Below, piece after piece: positions 36,729 through 50,773 of a stretch of 64,000 nt of DNA. The stretch's first letter is position 1. Each line of letters starts with the position of its first letter. Under the pieces are notes generated by a model. It searched no databases. It was given only the letters and a program-made list of their open reading frames with translations, and was not told the origin of the DNA. The stretch lies in the NCBI GenBank assembly GCA_964270895.1, contig OZ185436.1. One strand, given 5' to 3'. Both the position numbers and the translations under genes were made by a program. This DNA is from Podarcis filfolensis (lineage: Eukaryota).

Positions 36729-38769
36729 CTATATAGGAACAGTTTGCCTATTGTGGCCTATGCATGGCAACCTCGCAATTAGGCTATGGCAATGAATTAT
36801 ATGAGGGACGATCCTTGCACCTGCTCCAGAGGTTGCAGCCAGTGCAAAATTCAGCACTAGAGTGCTGAGTGAGGCAACTTACTGTAAACATGTGTCATTT
36901 GCGTTAAAGAAAGAGAAAAGCACCAGCTGCCAGTTAGTCATTTTCAAGGCTTTGTTACTGATTTTTAAAGCCAAAACAATTTAGGACCACCTTCCCTTGT
37001 ACAGACCCAGACAAACTGTACACCCTTTAGAGAAGGCTCTGATGGCCAGACCATTATAGAGAGTCACAATGTGATAGAACAAAAGCAGGTTCTTTCAGAG
37101 TCTAGAACACTATTTGGGAAGCTTCCACTGTGGTAGGCTTTAAATGCCTATGAAAAACATGCTCATTTCTTCAGCCTTTCTGTGTCTCTATTTTCTGATC
37201 ACACGGCTGGAACATTTCTGTAGTAATTTTTCATGAAATATTTTAGCGGGTTACTAATGCATTTTGATACTATGTATTTATTTTTTGCTCGTGATACCAT
37301 ACTTTATGCAAACAGTTTGGAGATTTTGTTGTATTAAGTGGCATACAAGTCAAATAAACAAGGGATTTCCAATAACGTCAAGATTTGTTTATAGTTTAGT
37401 TATAAGCAAGCCTTTAATATAGCCTTGCAAATATGAATATTACTAATTTCCTAGAAATATTTAAAACATTCTAATCAATTTATGTATATAGAGAGCAGTT
37501 GCATGTTTTAACCTGATAAATTAAATAAAGGTATATAGCTGAGTTAGTAAGAAGCCAGCTAGTCATAAATATACACAAAATTTCTCCTCTCCTTGACTGC
37601 TAGGGGAAGTGACAGATACAGGAACTCTGCCAGCATCTTAAGATGTAGAAATGCTATTGCTCCTTCTCCCTCCACTCCAAGGAGCAGACATTTTATTTAT
37701 ATACAATGCCCTGCCCTATTCTGAAGTCTCAGGGCAGTTACACTTTAAAAAAAGCACCACAGTAGCCTTCTCCCCTTTGCAGCGGTTTCCTTTGCAAAGG
37801 CAACCATTAATGTCCCACACACAAAACCTTCCAAGAGACATAAATATTAAAGGAGCAATCTTGAAAGAGGCAGGCACCCTCCAATTATTCAGGCCACAGT
37901 TTTATAACATGAACTGACCCCATACTTTTTTTTAAAAAAAAGAATGTATTTCTGCACAATTTAGCCATTTTCAGCACAACTCTGCAAGAAAGAAAACCAT
38001 GAAACAGAAACATCAGCACTGTATTTAGGAAAGAGTTTGAAGCCAAGTCCTTTAAAAGATATACAAATATGCTTCCTTATTCCTAATGAGATTTGACTTG
38101 TTCTCAATTTTACATTAGACATCTTCAAGTATTCAAGCTTCAGGTATAAAATGTTGTCTTTATTTCTAAAGTGGGCAATGCCAATGTGTGGAAATGTTGC
38201 CATTTAGGTTTGTGCTGTTCTGAAAATGGATTATAAGCACTTGCATTCCCACAACAGAGGATTTCCAAGGCAGCAATCCTGGTCAGTTGAAAAGAGCTGG
38301 ACTAAGCATCCAAGCTTTGAAATAGGAGTGAAGGGGAGCACAGAAATGGTGAGGTTTGTAAATCTACCACAAATTGCATCATATACCATATGTGAAGAAC
38401 TTCTACATTAGAACAAACAACTTCAGTTTCTAGAGACAGACAAGGCAGATTGCAATTGCAACTCCTTTAATCATTTAGCCATTTATATTCTCTTCCTTGG
38501 ACGGTTCCATGTACCAAAATGCCTGCTCAAGAGGCTTCTTATCTGAGCACTCAAAGGGCAGGGATAGAAAAGGTCTGTTTATTTGCTTTTTAAAACCTCT
38601 CTCTCAATCACAAAATAATGTATAGCTGTTTTAAAAGCCCGGTCCTTACAAAGTCAACTATTAAATAATTTCAAGTTTGTCACCTTAAGAAACTGCAAGT
38701 TAGCCGCTTCCCAAAAGGCAATCATTTCAATTAGCTAAGTTGATTCGGTAGCCAATATGGCAAGCCCCA

Positions 38770-38895
38770 AATGTTGCTGAACCTGTGGCCCTCCATGTCA
38801 CTGGAATACAGCTTCCATCATCCCTAATCACTGCTCATGTTGGCTAATGGGACTAATGGGAGATAGAATCAAACAATATCTGCAAGGTCCCCCAT
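38770..38895. mobile_element. Strongly diverged MITE of the 10168 family
   Basis: aacctgtggccctcc ... cttccatcatcccta ... atggga pattern. Boundaries approximate. Confidence 0.5.
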
Positions 38896-40269
38896 CAGTA
38901 CCAAGGGTAGCCAAAGGTTAGCCAAAGTTCCACCATTCACATTTTTTTAATATTTAAAGCTCAAGTATACATGGGTCGGAATGCAAAACTCTTTCTGGCG
39001 ATTATAACAAAAATATCTGGGGTCATTTTAGACATTAGATAAATATGTAGCATGCTACATGAAGGAAACCAGCAAAGCTATGTATGGGTACAATTCCCAA
39101 TGAAGAGGTAAGGCTTCACATCCCAAGTGGGGAACGTCAAAGACACCAGAAAAATCTGCACAGGAATATCCAATTACATTAACTTCCTCAATCTCCTTGC
39201 TTACATCAATTCATTTGGTTATTGCTTTTTCAACATCTGAGAATATTAGGGAAAATCCTACATTGCAACAATATAAGGCTAAACTCTAGAAGCAGAGAAA
39301 TAAGTTCAGCTGAAAAGAGTCAAGACAGACTTTCTGATAGGTAATTATCGAGCTGTTTTCAAACTAAATCAGTTCTTGTGCCATCACAAAGGAGTGAAGG
39401 CTGCTAACATACTAACATACATGAAGAGCTATGTGCATAAAATATATATTCTCCTTAGAGATAGTTGCCTGAAAAAGTTTAACTGCAACTCTGATTTCAT
39501 ATTTAACAAGCATTGTACTAAGTCATACTGGGCAGGCTGAAAATTTTATTTTGCTGTATTATTAGGTTATCAAGCAATTTTATTAAACAACTCATTTTTA
39601 AGGATAAAGGGAAAACTTTCCACCCCCCATCACTGGGGTTTCTGTCAGATGTTGGATGGTGAGTCCCATCCCTCTTTGTACCTGTACAGCACTCAGGGTG
39701 GGCAGTGATTCAGTTGGCTACACCATTTTTTAGGAAGCAAGGTTATCTTTTGGCAGAAGATGCATTCTATGTAGAAAGCGTACCCGCTATACCTTTGAAT
39801 GTAATTATGTACCGTGACTGTATTTCCTCACCATTCTCTTCCCATCCCACTTTTACACTTTTGAAAGAAATACACTTTTCATCACCTCTAAAATTACACC
39901 CTGCCTGGCTTGGCCTCCAGTTCACTTTTAAACATATGGACATCATCTCTTTCCAGGAGGAAAAATTAGTTGCCTGGAATAGGCAGATATGCAATGCGGC
40001 TACAGCTTCAAAGAGTGCTTGCCACAAGAGTGGCACAGCGGCCTACTGTCAACATCAAATTAAATGGCCTTGTGAGCGCTGGTTACAGGGACACATCCTT
40101 CCGAGAGAATGCAATACAATTTTAAATGTATGCCAGGGGCTGCATGGTTGTGACACAGCATAAGGTGGAATGGCAAACAAAATCAAAGTTAATTGGGTCC
40201 AGACAGTCCAGGCAGCAAACGAAAGGCTGTACTAATAATTCTACTCACTATTCTATTATGCTGAGATGA

Positions 40270-40370
40270 TGTACTGCAGTGGCTAAGAGACAGCACTATG
40301 AACCAAGAAGTCCAAAGATTGAAACTTATCACGTCATTCACATGAGGGTTAAGTGCCTCACTCTGACAGT
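40270..40370 (+). mobile_element. Ancient MIR-like SINE head
   Basis: gcagtggctaagagacagcactatgaaccaagaagtcc resembles a degenerate tRNA-derived SINE head. Confidence 0.4.
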
Positions 40371-42280
40371 AATGGTTCAGATTCAACTTTTCACTCGTTT
40401 TGGGGAGGGGGGCTGCATCTGAACTCTACTTGAAGCTTTGCTTGAGCAAAATAAGAACACAAGTACATGCCCCCCGCCCCAGGTTGCCATGATTCTACAG
40501 GGAGTGTTCAAGAAATCTGATGGAAAAAAGGCTAACAGGATCTCAAGCAGCGCAGCATGGGAGGGAGGCAGAAAGCAGATAACAATCTAACTTCAACATT
40601 TTTATCCTGTTAAATCTTCTCCTTTGGAAGTCCGCCATGGTCTTCAGCTTAAGCTTCCACAAAAGCAATTTCACAGCCAAAGTTGAAAACTTTGGCTTTG
40701 GGCAAAGTTTTGTTTCCATACAGTTCTATCCAGCCCCTTCAAGGAAACACTGGTGGGAACAGCCTCTAGATCACCATGGATATAGGGAGTTTGGAAAACT
40801 TAGTTCTGCTTATAAAAGCTGCTTCCTGAAATATTTGGCAGACACTACACATAGCTAATCTAGAGGAGCTCATTTGTTGTTTCAGCTCTCTTTCTTTCTT
40901 GGGGTCTCCCTCTTTCAATTTCCCTGCCAACCCACCTTTCATCTGTAGAGCATTCTGCACAGTTGCTTGGACATTCAGAAGAGGGAATAGCCTCTTATTC
41001 TACCACAGCTTGTGAGCAGAGTTATGTATTTTGCAAGTTCATGACGTAAAAATAAACTATACATACCTACGACCATTTTAGGCTGAAGTAGGTTTGAGGT
41101 CCTGGTTAGGAACAGATGTTAAACTACAACAGTTGTTTAATTAAACCAGGATGTAAGTACTAAGAATGGGAAGAATCACAGGGAGAGGAAAGGAGGGAGT
41201 ACATGGTCTCATCACTCATCTCCAGCTACTGAACTAAGGTTCAGAAAGCCAGAAATTGAGCATCTGAATCAGGACAGAGACTATTCAAAATAAATCTACA
41301 GCTTGATATAATTTGTCCTTCCTGTGTGGGCACCTTGCAAAACCCTTTAGGAGCCACTTCACACTGCTCCTTTAAACCTCTGAAATCTGGGCACCTTAGA
41401 AAGTCTGCTCACTTTGGCTGCATGTGCCTTCCAGGGCGAGAGAGGAGAAATAAGCCTTTTTCAAACCCCTGAATGGAGCTTTGCAGGACACCACATAAGG
41501 TGACAAATGCGTGAGACAACCTACCTGTCAATCATGTGATGTCATGAAAGTATCATGAGACTGATGAGAGGTCAAACCTGATAAAGGTTCCCACCCCTGC
41601 CTTACATGATCAATATCCTATCACATCATCATCATTTATTGGTCTGTGAAGTTTCCTGGTACTGTTAAGATGGATGTTAGCTTATTGTGTGACCTCCAGG
41701 TCTGCTGGAAATGTCAAACGATACTAAATCATCTCACTATCATTTTAAAAGGCTTGTCTACTATTTATTTGAACTTTGCTTAGCCCTAAAGCAGAGTGTA
41801 AATGGAGTGAGAATAATGATGCAAAAACTTCAGGGTATTTTACCTTGATTCATGTTTCCATGGATTTTTCAAGTAGTTTGCAGTTTTTTATTCTGGGCAT
41901 CTAAGAGCTCCGAGCAAGAAATGGCATTAGATTGGTCAAAGGCTTGAAATACTACCTTCTGCATTTCCAAACAATGCCAGAGCCATCTGGGTATTAAAAG
42001 CAAACAAACAAACACCTGTGGCATAAGAAAACATAACCCCTCAACTAAACCAACACATCAGGATTCTGCTGGTCTGAGCTGTTATGCACATGAACAGTTT
42101 TCATGATTCATAGGGAGAATTTTCTAATACTCCTAAAGAACTAAATATTGTTGAATGCCAACTGCGCAAGATACAATATTTCATACCAAGTATTTCCAAC
42201 TTTCCTCCAATCAAAGGAGGCTGTCTTGGATCTACAGACTACAGAGCCACCTCCGGAAGTAGCTAGAGGAAAACTCTATA

Positions 42281-42521
42281 CAGTGGTACCTGGGTTTACA
42301 GACTTAATCCATTCCGGAAGTCCGTTCTCAAACTGAAACCATTCTTAAACCAAGGCGCGCTTTCCCTAATGAGGTCTCCTGCCGCCGGTGCCCTTCCACC
42401 GTTCGGATTCCGTTCTTAGACCAAGGTAAAGTTCACAAACCAGGACACTACTTTCGGTTTTGTGGAGTTCATAAACCAAATTGTTTGTAAACATGATTGT
42501 TCTTAAACTGAGGTACCACTG
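42281..42521. mobile_element. Tigger-like (Tc1/mariner) MITE (241 bp)
   Basis: TIRs cagtggtacct / aggtaccactg; preceded by TA, with the right-hand TA read as AA. Confidence 0.85.
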
Positions 42522-45500
42522 AACTCTTGCAACTTCAAGAAGATTTTGTAGCACACATCTGAACAAGGTCAAACCCACTCTCTGATAAACTTATAGAAAT
42601 GGTGAAACACCACACAAGAGAAGCTCCTGTTTATATCAATGTTTATGGCACAGACCCCTGCTATGCATTGCTGGCTAAATAATAGTAGTGTCCTCATTCT
42701 CATAATGGTTGCTCAGTCTTTTTAAAAATGCACATCTATAACATGAGCAGTGAGGAAAGGAACAGGGAATGATTTCCATTACAGAAAAAGTTTTATGGTA
42801 GCATTTAGAGAACTTTTTCAAATCTGAATACCAAAGTCTTTCCTAATGGTTTCAGAGGTAATCCCACACAAAAAACTAAATCTTCACTTGAAAAAAAAAG
42901 AGGGAGAGAACTGATTGGGTGTTGCTATAAGAAACAAAACTATAACCAATGGCATTTGTTCCCCACAGAAAAATATTTTGCGTGCTGAATCAAAAATGCT
43001 TCCTTGGTTCCTATCAAAGGCCTCAAGTCTGAATGTGTTATAGTTTTGTGAAGAATGCTAGAGGCAGCTGGATGGGGAGGATCACTGGAAACATTTTTTT
43101 TTTCAGGCGACAGAAACCACAATGTATAATGTTACCAATCAGGGCTTCCCAGAAAGCAGCATATTTGAAACAGAAAGCAGGAGCCAAATACCCACACTGG
43201 TAATGAAATTCAAGCGCTAGTATGCTATTGTGAGTGGGATGCAGAAAAAGCAAATTATAAGGGTGTGGGTGTGTGTGTGGGTGACCATTTTAAAAAAGGC
43301 AGAAGACAGATAGGACTAATTTCTCCGTAATATTAACCATTGGGTTACATGCTTAATATGCTACTCCTCTGGGCTAGATGTCTCCCACCCTGTTCCCAAG
43401 CTTCTTTTTTGGGGAGAGTTGGAAGGGCATCCAACATAAACATTTCTGCTGTACATAAGCTATTCTGTTTCTTCCTCCTCTCTTTAATTTCCAATCCATT
43501 TGGTCTTGGAAACACAGGAGGGTTGCTCCAATGGCTTGCATAAGGAGAGATTTAGAATGCTGCAGGGACATGGCCATTGACAGTGGCCAGGATTTTGCTC
43601 CACCTCAGGGTTTGCTCCTGCCAGAGCAGCCAGGACAATCTCGGAGAGCTGTGCAGAGTCTGCAAGCCTGAGTTGGGCTTACTGATTTGGTAGGCGCAGA
43701 TGGGGGAGCTTGATCTTCCCATGCCAAAGGTCCCACAGCCCCTGGCTGACAAAGGCTGTGCTTGGCCAGGAAAGATCTCCATCCTGGTGGCGCAAAGCAT
43801 TTGTGAGCCTGGGAAGCTGGTAAAACTTATCCAGCTGGGATTAAAATCCAAGCTAGAGAATGATTCAGGGTCTTGTACAGCTTCCATTCCCTTTGGAACA
43901 GACTTTTAAAAGCTGAGTTCAGCATCAGATAACTTTGCCATCATCCCTGCGTTCCAGTGTAAAAATATTTCATAAAAAGAAAGAAACGGGAAGGCATTTA
44001 GCAGGCAAAACACACCAGTCAGGGCAACCTTTCTGGAAGCGAGCCTTCCTCTGCTTTCCAAAAATAGGTTGCAATGCTTCAGAAAGAGAATGAAGCCAAA
44101 ATGTAATTCCTGTTTTTCCAAGTCTCGGATGCTGTCAGTTGGGCCTGGTACTATGCTCCCTGCCTCCCACCCCACCCCCAATCCCACTCTGCTGGCATGA
44201 AAAATTGCACAGCAAACTTTTTTTCTTTGCATCCAAGCCAGAGTTAGGCTTGCTTTGCTGATACCACAATTTATGGAACAGTTGGAACCAGAATGCACCT
44301 CCTGGAAGTAGCCATGGTGGTTGCTAAATTGCAATTACACCCACGCATACAAAAGGCACTCAGGTGCAAAATCGAATCTTTTAAAGGGCTTTACCAGACA
44401 TATGAGCCCAAAAGACTCCCTCCACCTTAAGCAGCAGAAAAATGATTGAAATTTGTGCTGCTATAATGAAATCAGGAAGTAGCAGTTTGGGGGTTCCCAT
44501 TCACTTGCTCTCTCCTAAACACCTCACTGTGACCATATCTTTAAAAGCTTCTGTGTTTTCAGTGCCAGGTGTAGCAAAATTTCCTTTGCTGACCTTCTGC
44601 TAAATCATCTCCAGTGTCAGCAAGGAAGAGGACAGGTAAGGGGAATCGGAGGATATGGGTATTGCGAGAAACGAGTTAGGAAGCTACAATTGGGAATGAA
44701 GAAAACTAACTTTTGTATGTATTTATGGAACTTTTTACACTGCTTTTCAGAGCAAAGTCTTCCAAAGGCAACTTACAAAACTGACTGTAAGCATAATGAA
44801 ATTTAAACACATAAGTAAGAATACTCCATTGTCAAACTCAGAACAGCAATTTTAAAAGCACAGCATGCAACATCTCAGTAACAGGTGAACTAAAACATCC
44901 ATTTAAAAAACCAGAGCTATGCATACCATTTCCGGGGGAAAGCTCCAAATATGTGGGGCCACTACTCAGAACACCCTCACCATGACAATGAACCTGAGAG
45001 CAGGTCTTCTGGCACTGATCTAACGTGCCAAACATTTAGGCATTTCAAAAGGTCAGTGCTTTAAGCCGAGTCCAGAAACGAATAGGCCACTATTGTTACT
45101 AATATTGCATCAGCATAAGCAGATGCATTCTGTACCAGTTGAATTTTCTGAAGAATCTTTGAAGACAGCCCTGTGTGAAGCAGTCTAGTATGGCTAACTG
45201 AACCCTGTGCAACTCATGCAAGATCTACTTTTTCCAAGATCTAGTTGGCCAGATGCAAAACTCCAGCTAGCAAAAGGCTAGTCACCAGTAGCACCTGTGC
45301 TCTCATATATAGTCTGGGCCAAGAACTTTCAAGAGCGTGAAGCCCTGTCTAAATCATTGCATACCTCCATCCAGAACAGCATGCTTCCTAACCCACAGAA
45401 CTTCTTCCGAATCTGGATTTAGCTTCTGCCTTTAGACACTTATCTGTTCAGGATTTCCACAGCTTCCCTTGGGATGAGCAAGTGGAAAGAGTAGCATGCC

Positions 45501-45537
45501 ATTTGCAAACCAACAGCATTGCAGCCCAATTCTCTGG

Positions 45538-45625
45538 ATGATGATGATAATGATGATGATGATTTGAATTAATATACCACCCTATACCTGGAGCTCTCAG
45601 GGCAGTTCACAGAACAAAACCAAAA
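45538..45625 (-). mobile_element. (GAT)n tail plus 3' end of an L2 or L2-tailed SINE
   Basis: gatgatgataatgatgatgatgat followed by ttaatataccaccct...ctcagggcagttcaca, typical of an antisense L2-type tail. Confidence 0.5.
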
Positions 45626-47469
45626 CCATCATCTCCCAACATCTGATGCACAGAGAGATGAATCCTTTCAGCCCCTCGGTGTAGTAGTCTGAAGCTGTAC
45701 AGCCCAGCCATAGGCTTATTTTATTTTTATATAATGCTCCCAATACATAATTTCAAGGCAACTTCACAATTTCAGCAATGCAACATGTAAAGCAATGAAA
45801 CATGCAACATTTAAAATCTTTTACTATCCGTGAGAACTAGGTTTAAGATGTGCATCAGAAAAAAGGCTGTGAAGCAAAGAGTGGTTTACACCAAAACAGC
45901 CTCCCTTCGCTGAGCTTATCAGCAGTCACTTAAAGACACACACAACTCCCTCTGTGAATTAACGGGAAGGCTCCATTTTGCATGACAGATGCAGAACAGC
46001 ATCCATCCACCAGCCTGCTAAAATGTGCACTTTTTCTGGGTTAAAAAAAAAAGGGTGTTATTCTTCTGCATGTTTCAAGAGTGGAAAAAATGAGGAGGCA
46101 GCTTTGCTACTGGGTGCAGCCATGCCTGGCTTTGGGATGACTTTTTATCCTATAGGTTAAACACTTGGCTGTGTGATTTGTGTGCTAGCTGCTTGAGATT
46201 TATGCTCCTGCTGTCCATGTACAAGCCTTGGGTGACATGCTAGTGGTTACACACAGATGTTAAAAGCATATGGGGAATAAGATGGTACCACTGCAGCATC
46301 CATCCTAAAGGCCATGAGATGGAAGTCCCACAACACCACCTTCTGAACTGGTCCCTCAAGAAAGAATCAAAGCTGAGTCTCCAAGTCTCAACCGAGAGAG
46401 ATGGACCAAAATGATATAATGGTAATGAAAGTTGCTGAGAACTCTAGGGAAACCAACAAGGGTTATCTCCCCATCTACCATTCCCTGATTCAAGTCACCC
46501 ACCAGTATGACCAAAGTTGTTTCAACCCAAGACCAGACCAGAGACAAGACTGAAGCAGATGCAAATGATCAGTATCATCCAATACTTTCAAAGATCTGTA
46601 AGGCACAAGTGCTGTGCTGGAAAAGAGCTGTTAATCTCCAAAGGGAAAAAGCCAGAACTAGTCTCCTTCTCTCTCCCCCCTCCCCCCACCACATACATAT
46701 TTTAAAAAACTAGTCAAAGTGATTCCACTGAATGAAATACAGTGGGAAGCCTTTAGCTAAAGGAGTAGCATGGAGGAGCTATTGCTGTTTTTAAAAATAA
46801 AAATGGTATGGACATGAGGAGTGTGTATCTCTCAAAAGTTGAGCCAGCAGCAGGCACTAGGCAAATATGTCCTTCACACACTCACAATTAAATTCCAGGC
46901 TGAACTTAGAACAGTTGGCTAAATTGACAGGGGCAGGAGGGGTAAGGAACAGCAAACTGCAATTTGGATTGAGGGGAAAGAAACAGATCCACAACAGAAG
47001 TGACATATTGATAAAATATCTGAATCCTCAGCAAAAAGTCCTAATGATACAAAAACCACTGCGTATAACCTACACACAAAATGAAACAAATAAATTGCAG
47101 GAGAGGTCCAAAAGGAAAGGCTATCCTCCCAACAGTAAACACCTCGGGTGATTTTAAAACTGCAGCAATCAGCTATTCTAACATATCCTCAGTTCCTTTG
47201 CCAGCAATTGGCTATAGCATTTGGCATGTCAGCTCTAGGGCTCCCCTCCGTACTTCTCCAGGCATTTTCAGAGACCACATTAGTGTTCAGATTCCAAAAA
47301 GCAGTAGAACAAGGTATTAAAGAAAAGTCCACATGTGTGCCACTATTCCTTTAAGATGATTATGGTGGTGATAATGATGATGAGATGTCCTGTTATACAA
47401 AGGGGAGAAGGGGCAGCAAAGAAGAGGCAACATCCCAATGGATAGATCTGTATTGTTCACCTTACAAAC

Positions 47470-47545
47470 CTGGCAGAAAGGGTATGATTCTTTGCTTAGG
47501 GTCCTTCTGTCCTCCTTCCATTGGGAATTTGTCCAACATTTGCAT
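47470..47545 (-). CDS. SH3PXD2B: SH3PXD2B coding exon (exon 3 equivalent, 76 nt), PX domain: [25 protein letters not shown](G)
   Basis: Acceptor ttttttttaaag|ATG CAA, donor CCA G|gtttgt; phase 0 to 1. Confidence 0.97.
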
Positions 47546-48514
47546 CTTTAAAAAAAAGGGGAGAGAGAAAATTAAAAGAACAGCAAAAGGAACACCTAAC
47601 AAATGCAAAAAAAATCCCACATTTTTTTAAAAGGAGAGAGTGAGAGAGAGAAATGAGGGAAAGAACACACAATATAATTTAACATTAACTGTCATTATTT
47701 GACAATGACAGCCAAGGAAGAAAGCCAAGCATGAGATTGGGGAGGGAGGAGATTCCACAAGAGGGCAGAATAATGTTGCTGTTTTGGAAAAGTTTTGGAG
47801 TTGATAACAACAAGCTCCCCCATGATTTTGGTAATGTGGATTACTTGTCTTTGATTTCACAAAGGATTCAACAAACATGCTCCCTTGAGTAGCCATAATG
47901 ACTAGTTAGTTGGCCTCTAGAGAGTTAGACTAGCCCAAGGCTTCCTCATCACAGTAACACTAGAGAGTGGGAGGGATAGCTCTCCTACCCCTGCTTTAAA
48001 GATGACCAGAAGCCTGTCATTTGTTTAAGCTCTGCACTTGATGGGTGCCAGAAGAGCATCAAAACAAACCTTCACCTGTCCTCTTCAGCTCCAAGGTGAA
48101 GAAAGAAGGCAGATAACTATTTGTCATGCCTGCTGGGTGGCAGCTGTGGGGTTCAGGCTGCTCAAGAGGGGGCAGAGACACAGCAAGGGCATGCCTCTAC
48201 TTCTGACAAGCAATGCTTCAGCTTGTCTCTTGACTTCAAGAGGCAAGTGTTTAATGGGTATGACACAAGGTTTGAGACCCCACCCACAGTGTTGAGGGCA
48301 TGTCCTGGAGACAACACATTTCTGGCTGGCAACCAAGACTATGCAAAAATTCTCAACCCCTGATCTCACACAACAATGAATTCAAATTTGCAAGATTCTT
48401 ATCTGTACCTTCTGATGCTCATGTCAACGGAATCAAATCCTTCAAAACTTTTCAGAGGAGTTATACATCCCAGGAGATTCAAGTTTTCAACATGAGGATG
48501 GGGTGGGGGTGGGC

Positions 48515-48685
48515 ATGGGCATGGCTCAATGGCAAAGCGCATGTTCTGTGTGCAAAAGGTCCCAGGCTCAGTCCCCAGTATTTCTGCATAGCAGGACTGG
48601 GAGAGGCAAAAATGCTGGAGAGTCTGTGTCAGTGGACAACACTTAGCTAGATGGACTGGTGATCTGATTCAATTATTAAGCAAGT
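48515..48685 (+). mobile_element. tRNA-derived squamate SINE (Squam3-like), diverged
   Basis: A-box-like tggctcaatggcaaagc, B-box-like aggtcccaggctcagtccc, and body ctggagagtc...gtcagtggacaacact.agctagatggac. Confidence 0.65.
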
Positions 48686-50453
48686 TTATTTCCAAACTGT
48701 TATGAGATGGCACCACAGTGAATCATCAAGCAAACTTGTAGTACAGTCAATACATCATGTTCTGAGAGGAGTAGAAGCAGAACACTAAACAAACGTAATA
48801 AGAATACGGCTTGTCAGGAGTTCACTTTGAACCTTTGGGGGACAGCCAGACACATACAAAGAACTCTGACCAAGACAAGACTCCTCTCATCTCAGACCCT
48901 GCCCTCCAATAATACTTCACATACTTGGCAGGGTCTATGTTTGACAGATGCCAAATTTTCAGGGTCTCTGTTCACACGCATCATTATTGAAATGTCAACT
49001 GCCTATGTATTCATATTGCTCCACAGGATAGGTTTCTAAGCATTTCACAAAAACAACAACAGAACTTCAATAAAATCATGATGCATCACGTGAAAGGTAA
49101 GAATTGGGGACGACGACACACCTCAAATTAAGAAAGTTTCCAATTTCACCCAAATCAATGAAACAACAATCACTACTTGCTTTCTAGAGCTCATTAGGGA
49201 AGATACTAGGTCAACCTCCCAGGGCAGGGAGTCCACAAGAAGCGCATCATCATTGTTCTTTAAGTCTCCGCAATTTTCAGCATGGCACCACTTCGTCTAC
49301 AATGCATATTCACATATGTGCATCAAAAATACGGTGAACAATAGAACACAGGTATGTTTTGTATGTAATATATGTAATGGAATATTAAGTATATATTGTT
49401 TTGTAATGTATTGATATTTATAATAAAATGATAAAAAAACCACAGGTAGCCAAGAAGTTGGATTCCAATGGCCATCAGTCCCAGCCACTATGGGCAATGG
49501 TCAGGGATGTTCCAGTTGTGGCCCAGCAATATCTGGGGGGGGGCACCATTTTTACTATCCTTGCCCAAGAGCCATCGCTCAAGTTGTTTGGGACTATCAT
49601 ACAAATCTGGTCAAGCTCCTTTCCTTCCTCCAGTGCTGGGGCGGTAAACAAATCCTTCAATGGGTTAATCCAAAAACTTTAATTCATTGCAGAACTGTAG
49701 CTTTCTTTCATCCACAGTACACTGAAGCAAGCAGTGATTACCTCATTAATATCATTCTCTTCCTGGAAATCACCCAGACTGGTGACTTAACAGATGCTTG
49801 CCTCTGTCAATGATAAAATATGAATCACTGGCTGGACACTGAGGGAACTGCTGTCACCAGAAAGTGGCAGTGCCACAAGTCCACCCTTGCCAGGTCAGGG
49901 GGAAGAGCCCCTACTTGCAAAAAAAACAAAAACAAAAAAACAACCCCCCCATCTTCATCTAAGGTGTAAACACATTCAACAATTCTACAATTAATACCTT
50001 TTGGCAATGGTATCAGGCCAACACAGATCAAAACAAACCAGACTAAAAATGTGTAACAAGTGGAAAGCATGAAATGGAGATGCAAACATAACGGAGACAA
50101 GCAATGTCAATGGGTACAATTAATACAGAGCAGAGAAAGGATATGAACTGCCCCCCCAACTCCAAATATTTGCTGACCCTCCATTCACTGTTACAATAGT
50201 ATGCACACTTTACAAAAAGCAAATTCCACCAATTCCCCTTAAAGTCATTCCTACATCCAGTATTCTTCTGCTTCCCCTTCCTAAAGAAAGAAACCCTCGT
50301 TTCCAACTCTTTACACTTGGTAAACAACCCAGGCAGGTCAGCTCCTTCTGCCTCTGCCCCTTCAGCCCCGTTCTCATTAAAGTTGCATCGGGATGAATCA
50401 AGAAAACTGAAGTTGGGTTTCCAGTTTTTAAACTACCATGCTAGTCAAAAGCC

Positions 50454-50773
50454 TAGTGCTTGCCGATCAGAAGGTCAGCGGTTCAAATCCCTGTGACGGG
50501 GTGAGCTCCCGTTGTTTGGACCCAGCTCCTGCCCACCTAGCAGTTTGAAAGCACGTCAAGTGCAAGTAGATAAATAGGTACCACTCCGGCAGGAAGGTAA
50601 ATGGCGTTTCCATGCACTGCTCTGGTTCGCTAGAAGCGGCTTAGTCATGCTGGCTACATGACCCAGAAGCTGTCTGCGGACAAACGCTGGCTCCCTCGGC
50701 CTATAGAGCGAGATGAGCACCGCAACCCCAGAGTCTTCCGCGACTGGACCTAATGGTCAGGGGTTTACCTTTA
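50454..50773 (+). mobile_element. Sauria SINE, 5'-truncated copy
   Basis: Lacks about the first 40 nt of the head; tttacctttac tail; perfect 13-bp TSD ctagtcaaaagcc (50441-50453, 50774-50786). Confidence 0.93.

Noticed and set aside
44580-44640. 12-bp-stem hairpin and a plus-strand AG...GTAAGG pair (possible miRNA or antisense exon)
   Set aside because: The stem is too short and the loop too large for a pre-miRNA, and the splice-like signals have no partner exons.
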